From Candidatus Thermosaccharophagus tengchongensis (GTDB taxonomy: Bacteria > Armatimonadota > Fervidibacteria > Fervidibacterales > Thermosaccharophagaceae): DNA of 64,000 nt. The translations under genes and the position numbers were made by a program. The notes below the pieces were generated by a model that did no database searches, was not told the origin of the DNA, and was given only the letters and a program-made list of their open reading frames with translations. The stretch lies in assembly GCA_032161105.1 (NCBI GenBank), contig JAVHTD010000014.1; one strand, 5' to 3'. The number at the start of each line of letters is the position of its first letter. Within the stretch, counting starts at the first letter, position 1. Positions 9,001-18,000 of the stretch are shown one piece after another.

Positions 9001-11903
9001 AAACCCCAGACGAGGATGCTGCTGCACCCGGTTGGCAGCGAAAGACTATCCAAGGGGTTGCGATAATCAGGCTGATGAGCGGGAGGGTTGCAGGACCTGT
9101 CATCATCACTGCTACATCCGGTGTGGCGTTCGCCAGCTTGCAGGTGACATTCCTCCCAGGTCCGCCGGATGAATCACAATGCACGATAAGCCCTAACCCA
9201 TCAACGATACCGGCTGATGGGACAACTCCATCAACAATAACGGTTACCGTCCTTGACAGGTTCCAGAACCCAATACCTGGTGTTGTTGTTGACTTCACCG
9301 CCGTTGGCGGGACTGTCACTCCGGCGCAATCAAAGACGAACGCACAGGGCGTTGCCACAACAAGGTTTACGAGCACAACACAAGGTCAAGCCACAGTGAC
9401 GGCGAACTTCGGCGGTATAGTCAAAAGTGTGAATGTGACTGTTGAAGCCGCGCCAGTGGCATCAGTCACATTGAGCTTCAGCTACCCCAACCTGTATGTG
9501 ACTGGTGTGACAGTCAATGGTCAACCAGTCGGGACACCGACGCTGCCTACGGAGGGAACAGTTACAGCGACCGTTAGGGATGTAAATGGCAACCCAGTTG
9601 GCGCTGGCATATTGGTGACATTCAGCACGACGCTCGGCGCAGTTGAAGCCTCTGCAATGACAACTGCCGGTGGCACAGCACAGGTCAAATTGACGGCTGG
9701 AACGACATCCGGAATTGCAAGGGTAAGGGCGGCGGTGGGTAGCATCACCGGGACGATTGACATACCGATATTGCCGGGCGATGCAGCGTCAATAATGCTC
9801 AGCGGAGTTCCGACTGTAATACCGGCTGATGGTAGAAGCACAGCCGCAATCACAGCTGTGGTCAGGGATGCAAATAACAATCCAGTCAGGGATGGAACGA
9901 GGGTTGAATTCTTCAGCCGAGATACAAAAGTTGGCTATCCGCCAGCAGCTGGCGACCCACCGGGCAATCCGATGGGCACGATAACAGCAAAAGCTGACAC
10001 GATAAATGGCGCTGCTAACGCCACATTGGTTAGCCGCTCAAGCGTTGTTCGGCTTGTGGCGTATGTTTCAGCAAGGGTGAGAGTGGGCGCAACTTATGTC
10101 TACAGCGACAGCATACCGGGCAATGCAACGCTTGACCCACTTGAGGTGACATTTGAGCCGGTAGCTGCAGCTACATTGACTCTGAGTGCGGAGCCGTCAA
10201 AGATTTATGTCAGCGGTGTTGGCTTGATCCCGACAACATCGCTCATAACGGCACAGGTCCTTGACGCCGCTGGCAACCCAGTGCCAGATGGAACAATAGT
10301 CAACTGGATGACTGACAGAGGAGCCCTTCAAGACCCAGATAGCGGACTGCCGTCTGATCAGTCGGCAACTGCCGGAGGTGTGGCGAAGATTCAGCTTGTA
10401 AGTGGTCCACTTTCCGGCAGGGCGACAGTGACGGCAGTTATACGAGACCCCAACAACAACCCGATATTGTCACAATCAATCCAAGTTGAGTTCATGCCCG
10501 GCTTGCCGGCACCGTATCCACACTCAACGATATCGCCTAACCCGCCAGTGATATCCGGAAATGGCATAGCAAATTCAACCATAACTGTGACGCTGAGGGA
10601 TGCAAATGGCAACCCAGTTGTTGATGGGACAAAGGTGGCATTCGTGACAAATCATGGGACTATAATGCTTGCTCGTGGCTATGAGCAGGGCACCGTTGGC
10701 GGGGTGTCTATGGCGCTCCTGATAAGTGAAGTTGTAGCTGTTGATACTGATGCCTATGTCAAGGCAAATGCGCCTGCAGGTTCGCCATTCTTTATCGGAA
10801 CTGATATTGATGGCTCGCAACTCGGTGGACAGCACTGTATTGTGACGATGGTTAAGAGCATACCTACGACAATATCGGCATCAATAGACAATGCAAGGCT
10901 TACACCTGATGGTGTCTCAAAGGCGAACATAACAGTTCGTGTTGCTGACCAGTTTGGCTTGCCCGTGCCGGATGGCACCGTTATTGACTTCTCAGTTGAC
11001 CTTGGCACAGTGACAACGCCAAGCGTAACCAAGAATGGAGTTGCCTCAGCTGTCTACACAGCCGGCACAACTCCCGGAATCGCCACAATTAGCGTTTCAG
11101 TCCATGAATACCCGCACATTAAAACAGGTTTACAAGTTTACCTGCCGGGTGGTGTCGTCAAGATACTGATGGGCTACAATCCGGCTAAAGTTTACGAACC
11201 GAGCATTTGGGCTGATGGTGTTGCCGGGCAAGAAATTGTGGCGCAATGCATTGACAGGTTCGGTAACCCCGTCGACGGGGTGGAAATAATCTGGACTACA
11301 ACAGCGGGCTCAATTACACCACCCACTGACAAGACAAGACCAAGGAAGATAAAGGACTTTAATGGCCATGAGCGAGACTTACAAGGTGCATCAATTGCCA
11401 CATTGGTCTCACAGCGCTCTGCAGCCGGGTTGAGTGCGACTGTAACTGCAATTGTGCCAAATGGTGAGACAGGCGTCGTTATGGCATCCACATATGTGGG
11501 CTTCATGGGCGTTCCAACGCAGGTTGATTGGGAGTGGTATAACACTACAACAGGGCTTTATAACGAGCCGGTGGCAATTTATGATGCACCAACTGGCAGG
11601 ATTCATATTCGCATCCGAATAAGGGATCAAAATGGCACGAATGTTCCCGATGGGACTTTGGTCACATTTGAGATTATTAACGAATCCGGAGGCGATGGTG
11701 GCAGCCTATCAAATGCCTCACAGACAACAAGTAATGGTTGGACGCGTCCATGGTTGCATTATGGCCAAACGAATTGGAACACTGCCGCAACAATAAGCGG
11801 TGGGACTCCTGGAAGAGTATGGCGATGCGAAGTAGTGGCAACTGTTAGCACGCCATTCGGTTCGCTATCCTTCAGAGCACCCGGAGTGTTTGGGCATAAT
11901 TAA
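3..11903 (+). CDS. Giant Big-1 (invasin/intimin-type bacterial Ig-like) repeat surface protein, 5'-truncated by the window edge
   Basis: 3966-aa open frame with roughly 35 diverged ~100-aa repeats of the pattern 'P..IPADG.STSTITA.V.DA.GNPV.DGT.V.F.T..G......T..G.A.A.L.S...G.A.VTA'. Thr/Val/Ala-rich. The frame is open at the 5' edge, so the true start is probably upstream. Confidence 0.9.
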   Translation: MMDTANNVVDGVNAEFSVDNGQVNPKDALVRNGEATATLIASNVSGVANVRVRVLRYVAATQVTYVPVDIARVNVSAAPIEIPVGASTSSISVTVLDSSNRPVEGAVVTFSTDKGFLIVGQGITNAAGIATATLYSDTTVGEATVTATATYEGKVATGQVKVRFIPGSAARITIEVRNSRGEVVDPNEKPVEANNVDYYELIAYVTDQYGNPVRDGTVVTWKIDPNFRQTAQGGVSTTQNGKARNEILSSVFCVGQVAAIVDPIFATTQLVFVPGPPVTVVANAIPPVIEAGVGEAIITARAFDAQKNPINIELGGTPGAGVPNVIKGKRSVDFVFSTNAGLLDDLESGVNHEIGTTVTVKGDTIVDNGGIATVKLIAGSTANTNATITVKAGTAVGTVSVAFVPSEAAQLVVTAQPQQIPGNMIATSTLRVEVRDEKGNPVRDETPVQFEIESGNVEDGVFLPSNGTRQTALTSGGVATVVYRSGLNILDGTKNVSIKVTSGKASIRYSITLQSAKPHSATLVANPSTIPANGLATSTITATVRDANGNPVPIGTVVVFKTDNATFVNATSGDGKEARGATDVNGVVVVTLRSSTRAGIAKVWVDEAIVNGTTVTLTQVGSTTVQMIGVQAVMTLVSDKASLPADGTSYAMLTLTLRDAQGNPIVTDPTKDEDNIRFTTTGGTLKTLTGADLPINGVDTDANGTVKVRLVAPFNPGAATVTATFVRDGVITRAQEDVVFHPLAIRVVANPDTIRADGISTSTIMAFLQDAVTSEPVAQGTLVTFTTTLGTITAADESPELPGIQVSVKGYNGQVTATLLSSHQPGVATVTASVGTSSGSGNITLIGAPANITLTAVPAQIRSGGMDTSTITAQVVDAAGNPVWDGTLITFQTTLGTLSPDEDGNPANGAQRHTVGGRTFVLLTSGNEVGIATVSAKTENDVVASALVQITSGAPASIALVAEPDRIVADGVTGSRIIATVKDANGNPVVNAPVYFSTTLGTIVPQVAITNSQGIAAATLTSTSVGVANVTATSGPVSSRVTVTVIKGVPATVTLSSNVDEVYAHGVGKAPDSATITVTVRDANNAPVDGVPVFLTTTLGSITSSVTTNAQGTATATFTSGLQSGDAVITAQAGSIAASLTIKVKPGAPEQVVLSANPNVIFADGVSTSRLTATVLDKNGNPVEDGTQVEFKATAGTIIGSPAATANGQAQATLRSTTSETNVTVTATANGKSDSTIVRFAKVEPAAIQLSAQPSSLSVGGIAGRVTQSKVTAVVLDAQGRRVANGTPVVLRTSKGNFVESGQPTYEALTSNGQVVATLDVSGENESGIALVTAESGQAVASLSIPVQPGPPTAITLTAMPSSIPADGVSSCTLIARVQDQYGNPVPNQPVAFSATRGNINPVTATTNVLGIASATLTSVSSSVDIVVAVTAQSGNTTATVTVTFTAVRAASITLTANPPTIPADDTTTSTITAVVNDANGNPVPDGTTVTFVTDFGEFTNGLTTQDVGTLNGRANVALRSRAWLAGIAHVTATSGNVSQTVTVTITAGMPALVELSAMPERVPADNQTAAIVRAEVRDIAGNPVSGAIVTFSTTLGTFTNAQVSTDAQGVAVTQIRSNRVGTATITAVSGSASSVQVQVEFITPAATIQLVAAPTTIKADGGQSRITATVMDGFGKPVPDGTVVRFSIPSANHGRLQPDTDANPVTEPVKTANGQASVTLIGSVNVPPPGVCPVTAEADTATGVVRATVEVVLAKEPARIMLTAIPSSIRADGTSTSQIRALVTDENNHAVADGTPIKWKAAAGRIDAQTTTVNGEARATLTSSPVPQAKPVTVTAFYDANNNNDVDPGEAFGTVDVIFSAGPAASLMLTAQPQTQVADGVSVVQLKAIIKDELGNPVADGTAVIFQTNLGTFVGAPAPGTAYPTSTVNGEASASLISNQTGLATVTVQVGLLARQVVVSFKPGQAASVALSANPAVVFPEDGREVLITATVLDRLNNPVEDGTRVEFTVTAYDGTDYTANLRRLDGVYSNIVSTVSGLAQIKLVRATKNDVGIYTVRANALSNGNVLASALTQVRFAGEPAELIAAANPTVIIADGRSTSTITVTARDILGMPVADGTVINFTTTSGSVTSTGRTVGGQVVATLTSSMQPTPPNAPAVVTAWYDADGDRMPSYGFEPIATVEVVFTTGAPARVTLTATPTQVVADGISTSTIVATVVDALNRPVIDGVQVTFTTNLGTFPNGQPAFTTVTSGGTGQASAILTSPRAPGVANVTATVAGITSTPVTISFVPGEPASIILTASPMRLKAGTSMTSLIMATLRDANGNPVADGTEVTFEVSGTSQFITSIPALTRNGVAVATLRGDETNPAPRRELITAKAKTSSGYVSNIIEIPFIGAPQYVTLTAAPTTITADGTSTARITATIFDAAGNPVYDGTVVEWSVVPTPPDLTVRISGDGSTSNGVATATLRAPNRPGSAAVTVTATETGVQASITIRFIPNAIAQITITAEPPEIDVLGANGIEATTITAVVTDAAGNPAPDGTIVFFSATSGTIEPAKPTQGGIARATLASSTIANNNVVVTAQTNGVSAQTTVKFRPGPARRVSLTATPNRVVANGYSQIAITARIVDVNGNNVADATPVWFFATQDNHQPGMFIGGTYDHAQNRAQIRSFTQGGVATAVLRSSKTAGTVTIVAQAFLITDETGDPNNLPPAQASGNVQVVYESGVPATVQVSVDPRSIYVSGVGVEPSSAIITAFVLDADGIPVEGGTATFSIAANQGTLTDEYGNDNDGSPMTETVTIGVGDKAGIAKARITAGTIAGTVTISVAATKLSVTATGVGSITYMPGPVHTIVCFANPTAIPADGTSVTTISAIVRDAHGNAIPSVTVTFVSDIGTIPVPQSVTDSRGIATTTLRSVASDKTVTATVTARSGDKSATTQVTFSSVLADTIVLAANPMAIVADDGQSAMTVTATVTARGQPVPDGTMVTFSVSSGSIDSAQTPDEDAAAPGWQRKTIQGVAIIRLMSGRVAGPVIITATSGVAFASLQVTFLPGPPDESQCTISPNPSTIPADGTTPSTITVTVLDRFQNPIPGVVVDFTAVGGTVTPAQSKTNAQGVATTRFTSTTQGQATVTANFGGIVKSVNVTVEAAPVASVTLSFSYPNLYVTGVTVNGQPVGTPTLPTEGTVTATVRDVNGNPVGAGILVTFSTTLGAVEASAMTTAGGTAQVKLTAGTTSGIARVRAAVGSITGTIDIPILPGDAASIMLSGVPTVIPADGRSTAAITAVVRDANNNPVRDGTRVEFFSRDTKVGYPPAAGDPPGNPMGTITAKADTINGAANATLVSRSSVVRLVAYVSARVRVGATYVYSDSIPGNATLDPLEVTFEPVAAATLTLSAEPSKIYVSGVGLIPTTSLITAQVLDAAGNPVPDGTIVNWMTDRGALQDPDSGLPSDQSATAGGVAKIQLVSGPLSGRATVTAVIRDPNNNPILSQSIQVEFMPGLPAPYPHSTISPNPPVISGNGIANSTITVTLRDANGNPVVDGTKVAFVTNHGTIMLARGYEQGTVGGVSMALLISEVVAVDTDAYVKANAPAGSPFFIGTDIDGSQLGGQHCIVTMVKSIPTTISASIDNARLTPDGVSKANITVRVADQFGLPVPDGTVIDFSVDLGTVTTPSVTKNGVASAVYTAGTTPGIATISVSVHEYPHIKTGLQVYLPGGVVKILMGYNPAKVYEPSIWADGVAGQEIVAQCIDRFGNPVDGVEIIWTTTAGSITPPTDKTRPRKIKDFNGHERDLQGASIATLVSQRSAAGLSATVTAIVPNGETGVVMASTYVGFMGVPTQVDWEWYNTTTGLYNEPVAIYDAPTGRIHIRIRIRDQNGTNVPDGTLVTFEIINESGGDGGSLSNASQTTSNGWTRPWLHYGQTNWNTAATISGGTPGRVWRCEVVATVSTPFGSLSFRAPGVFGHN

Positions 11904-12035
11904 GCTTGGAGGGTGGTTCTCTTGAGCCGCTGAATGCATGTGCATATATAGCGTGCGCGAAATTTAACAAAGGCGCAAATAGGTGGCATCGTTAGTGGTG
12001 GTAGCATTCGCATCAAGTGGAAGGGGGGATTTGCA

Positions 12036-15000
12036 ATGATGGTATTGTCGCAATCGCTTCTGCGCAATAAAAAAGTTGCGAGGATTTTTGTAGCCTTTGT
12101 TGCATCTTTCATCCTCATTGCAGGTGGAGTTGGCTTCAAGCTATTCATGGCAATGGCACAAGGTGTGCCGAGGGTGACTTCAATTGTCCGAGAGGATGGA
12201 AAACCAATTAATCCACCGCACGACATGAGGACAAACTGGGGAAGTAACACAGAGACAGTAAAAGTCATCATAAGCGGTATAAACCTTGATAATACGCGAA
12301 ATGTTAGCCTCATTAGCCCTTCAATTGGCGGAGCCAGAATTGATGGCACGGATATTTCGGCGTCAAGTGACAGAGTTGAGGCTAAATTTAAGTTGGTTGA
12401 GAAGATGCCGGGCACCTACGACCTGGAATTAACAACGCCATCGGGGAGAGCGTATTTGTCCAACGCATTTTTCGTTAAGTCAGGACCTCCCAAAATAACA
12501 TCAATTGAGCGTGAAGATGGGAAGCAACTCTCAGACGGGAGCACAAATTGGGGGAGTAACGCCGAGGGCGTCGTCAGGTTCATCATAAGGGGTGAGAATC
12601 TCTTCCCCGGCGCCGTAGTTTACATCAACTCAAATGGGCAGCCGGGCACCGAGGTCGCACGCGCAATCAGCGTAAAAAGTTACAACGATGATAGAGACGG
12701 AGTTGATGAAGACCCACCAGAGGATGAAGATGGTGACGGGCTTTATAATGAGGATCCGCCAAATGGGCGAGATGATGACTATGATGGGCAAGTTGACGAG
12801 GATTGGGTGGGGATTAATAACGATGGCGATGGAAATGTTGATGAGGATTGGGTTAACGGGATTGACGATGACAGAGATGAACGAATTGATGAGGATCCAA
12901 AAAATGGGGAGGATGATGATGGTGATGGACGAATTGACGAGGATCCGGCTGGGATAAGTTTACTTATTGAGTTGCCATTGATGGGTGTCTCTGAAGGTTG
13001 GTATTATGTCATTGTGCGAAATAATGATGGACAATATGTTGTGTGGCCCGAGCCACCGACAACTCCGGGTCCATCCACAGGCGGATTGAGAGTTGTCAAA
13101 TTAACACCACTAACTTATGTGTCAGTGACTGGTATTGAGCCAGTTAGCGCCTCAAATAAGGGCACGGTTACAATGACGATTAGAGGGACTGGATTTAAGG
13201 AACCGGTAAGTGTTAGCCTCCGAAAATCTCCACCAATATCGCCATCTCTGCCCGGATGGGCGCAAAATATAAGTGCCACAAGTGTGTCGCTTGACCCTGA
13301 CAATCCGACGCAGCGGATGACAGCTACATTTAATCTTGCAGACCCTTGGGATCGTGACCCAGATGATCCAGCACCTCCCGGTCACTGGGATGTCGTCGTC
13401 ACGGTTGCAGGCAAGACTGTAACACTTTCTAACGCTTTCCAAATCACTTCAGACCCGATATCAATAAGCAGCATAAACCCGTCAAGTGGGTATAACAACA
13501 CAACCGTCTCAATTCGCATTGATGGCTCTAATATGTTTGAGGGCGTTTATGCTGAATTGTATGCTAAATTGAATGGCTTTGAGCAGACTGTTTATCCATC
13601 CGATGTGATTTACCCAAGAAATGACAGGAATAGGATAACAAAAAGCATTGATGTAGTGTTTGACCTTTACGGGTTGCACCCCGGCAGCTGGACATTGCGT
13701 GTATACAACACGGATTATCCGACTCCGACAAGGCAGTTTGCACAGACAACATTTACGATTAACAATAGCGGTGGAATCTATTTGATATCGGTTTCCCCGA
13801 CCTCAAACACCAACCTTAAAGGTGATAACCCATTCACGCTTACAGTTAATGGAGCGAATTTTGATGGGGGGACAACATATTGGGTATTTTTGCGAGACGC
13901 AAGAAATCCAGAATATAGGATTAGTTCGCAAGTTACATCTACTTCACCATCCCAAATTGAGGCTAACTTTGACCTTTTTGCTGAGAATGCACGCCCGGGG
14001 TTGTATGATGTCGTTGTTACGACAGATTCTGCCGGAAACAATGTAGTTGGACGGCTTGGGTCGGCATTTAGAGTTACATCGCCGATGATTATAGTTGACT
14101 ATTGGAATGACACGAATTTTCCCGGTGGAATACCGAATAACTTGCCACCACGGGTTCGGGATCAAGATAGGCAGGCATTTACAGGCGGTGAACCAGGGAG
14201 CACCGTTGATTATAACATCATCACCATACGAATACTTGGTAACGCCAACTTTGCAGGCGTAACAAGCGTCCGTCTGCAATCTGCGCAAGGTTCATCTGAC
14301 AATCCACGAGGTGGCTCAAGGGTCGTAATTACCGCGCAAAACATACGCATTAGTCCAGATGGCAGGATTATTGACGCAACATTTATGCTTGATGATGATG
14401 TCGCTTACGCTGGGGATTACTGGCTCACGATAGAAAAGCCAGGCGCTGGCGGAAGATCAGAGGTGGCAAATGTTCCATTTACGCTCTACTATCACACGCC
14501 TCGTGTAATTGACATATACACGCCGCCCCCCGGACCAGGTCAGAGCACACCGCCACGGCAAAGATCAAGATGGGCTTGGTATAAGGATGTTGACAGACGC
14601 CACACAGGTGGCTTAGGTATTGTTGTGACAGGTGACGATTTTCATAGCGCTTGTGTTGAAGGAAACAATATTCAAACGCGCCAACCAGGTGTGGGACTAT
14701 ATTTGAGGGTTTGGAGGCAAATTGCCCCGGGGTATACATCCATTTATGACGATGGTGTGAATGACAACTTTTATTCACATACTTCAGCATTTACGACTGC
14801 TGTTAGGGATGCCTCAGGGCTGCCTGGAGTTGTGAACGAGAATGAATGCCGTTTCCGTTTGTTCGGGGATCCTACGGATCCAAGCTTGACTTCCTCTCCC
14901 GGCAACCACTATGCTATGGCTTCACACCCTTGGGCAAAACAAGTTCTGTTCATTGATGGCGATGGTGGCGACCCAAGAGATGACGCTGGTGCCCCTCTTA

Positions 15001-18000
15001 TGTCAACAAATCCGCTGTTTTCCATTTTCCTTGACTATCCGAGACCGGTTGGAGTTGAACCCATGACAATTTCAAATACTGGTGTCTCGGAGTGGGAGAT
15101 GAAGGTATACGGATTGGTAGGCTCCCCATCTTTTTCGCTTGATCCGCACATGTTTGCCCCGGGTGTGGAAGTGCAGCTTTCAAAGGTTGGTGAGCCAGAT
15201 CACCCGATGAATATACGCACGGTTGAAAAACCGTTATGGCAAGGCAGGGTAATAACTTGCAGATTCCCACCGCTTTCAGACCCATACCGAACTGGCAAGC
15301 GTGCGGAGCCAGGCTACTGGAGCGTAATTGTCAGGAATACTGACAACAAGTGGACTGTTCTGCCAAATGCCATCAGGATAGTCTCACCGCCGCCAGTTAT
15401 CACAAGAGTCGTTTACTATGCAAATACGAAGGATAACAATCCGGCGCAGTCTGTTTGGAATGGACCGCCGAGCCAAGACGGCGAGACCGGCATAATCTAC
15501 ATTTATGGCGATAATTTCATGCCGGGGTTGACTGTAAAATTTAAGCGCAATGGGACTTATAACCCGGGTCAAGACCCGGCATCAGGAGACGATGTTGTGA
15601 CTATTCCATGGGAAAGCGATAGAATTTTGAACAAGGGCGAATTGCTCACAAGAAGGACCCTTATTAGAGTCCGAGCTAATTTCTGGGGCAAGGCACCTGG
15701 TGCTTGGGATGTTGAAGTGATCAACGAGGATGGTCAATATGGGATATTGCAAAGGGCGATAAATGTGCTCGCAAAACCGATTATTTCCGGGATTTCACCC
15801 GCGGAGGTTTCTAACAAGAGCAATGCCATTGTGACAATTACAGGCGAAAACTTCTGGCCCGGCATTAGCGTCAAATTTGTGCGTCAAGGGTTCACCGACA
15901 TCGTTGGCTCAAATATTAAGCTGAGTGACAAAGTCCAAAACCCGAGTCCGCCAAATGTCGTCGGTGGGTATGCAACGCTGACTTGCACAGTTCCCACGCT
16001 CGGCAAGCCACCCGGTGTTTGGGATGCAGTTTTGACAAATATTGGCGGACCACCAAGCGATATCCAAGTTGAAGGCGAAGGTGGACCAGAAGACCTTAAG
16101 ATAACTGCAGACCCACCGGTCGTCATATCTGTGTCTCCAAACAAGGCTTCAAACTCAAGCACATCTGTCACAGTCCTTGTCAAGGGGCAGAACTTCTTTG
16201 CCGGTGCAAAATTGAAGCTGTTTAGGAACACATACACCAGTGGTATAGTTGAGCGATATGCTGCTGGCGTTAATGTGACAAGTCAGACAAGCATTGTCGG
16301 GACTTTTGACCTAACTGGACTTGAACCCGGAAGTTGGCGTGTTGTGGTCGAAAATGCCGATAGAAAATCAAATATTGACAGAGATGGCGATGGGTCAGTT
16401 GATGTTGACTATGAGGGTGCTGGCAATGAAGATGGCGATGGTTCCACTGACGAAGATGGTCCGAATCCGGGGAGCTTGTTCTACATTTCTGCAATTGCGA
16501 GAATCGTCAGGATTAATCCAGAGGCAAACTCAAATCAACCTGGGAATAATCCATTCCAATTGACAATTTACGGCTCCAATTTCTGGGGCAGTGAGGTAAA
16601 CGGGTTGAGAGTTGCTCTAAGGCGAACCGGATACAGCGATATTGAGGCAACCGGTGAACAAGCCTCAAGTGACAACAGCCAGATAACTTGCTGGGTTAAT
16701 GTAACAGACGCGCAGGTGGGCAAGTGGAGTGTTGTTGTTGCCAATCCGGATTCGCCAGAAGTTGTCTTGAAAGATGCCTTTACAGTCCTTGGACCTGCGC
16801 CAACTGTAACAAGCGTTAGCCCAAGTTCTGCCCCGAACGACGCTGTCAGGAGGCTTGTAATAAATGGCGATAATTTTGTCACGGGTTCATCAGTCCGCCT
16901 GACACGGGCAGGTTACGCCGACATTGTTGGAACGAATGTCGTGGTGATATCCAAGACACAAATGGCAGCAGATTTTGACCTTACTGGAAAAGCACCCGGG
17001 CAATGGAATGTCGTTGTGACTAATCCCGATGGCGGTGAAGGCATTGGTTTGAATCTTTTCACAATAACTGCACCAAATCCTGTAATCACAAGCGTAATTC
17101 CTTCCGAGGCATCCAACGCATTAGAAAGTGTCAATGTGGTCATCCAAGGTAGCAATTTCTTCCCGGGATGCACGGTGGAAGTGAAAAAGGGAGCTTATGT
17201 TATGCCAGTTAGCAATGTTAGGGTTGTCCGTTCCGACCAAATTGCTGCAACATTTGCCGTAAAGGATATGCCAGCTGGCAAGTGGGATGTCTATGTTGCA
17301 GCTGCTGATGACGATGGAGATCCGACAAATGGCATTAAAGATAGCGGAAATACTGGATTAGGTAAGTTCACAGTGACTGCGAGGGCGGTCGTGACAAGTC
17401 TATCGCCATCCTCACAGTTGAATGATGCAGCAAGCAACCCATTCCAATTGGCAATTTATGGCTCCAATTTCTGGGGCGATGAATCTACCGGTTTGGATGT
17501 CAGGCTTAGGCGAACTGGTTATAGCGACATAATGGCGACTAATGAGCAGGCAGTTAACAACAACACGCAGATAACATGCAATTTGAGCGTCAAAGATGCG
17601 GCTCCCGGATACTGGAACTTGGTCGTCAGGAATCCGGAAAGCCCTGAAGTTGTTGTTTCAAATGCCTTCGTGGTTCAAGCCAAGGCAATAGTCGATTCAA
17701 TATCTCCATCAAGTGCGCCAAATTCTGACATAGTCACAGTGACGATAAACGGGAGCAACTTCTGGAGTGGCTGCGATGTCAGGTTACGCAAAGCTGGTGA
17801 AACCGATATTGTCGCAAGGAATGTCGTTGTGTCAAACGGCGGGACAAAGATAACATGTGATTTTGATTTGAGGCTAAAGGCAACCGGAGACTGGAATCTC
17901 ATTGTCACAAACATCTTGAGCCCATCAAGTGATCCAAAGACCTTCACCATAAACCCAGCTGGCAATCCGAGCGTCTCAAGTATTGAACCGAACTCCTCGC

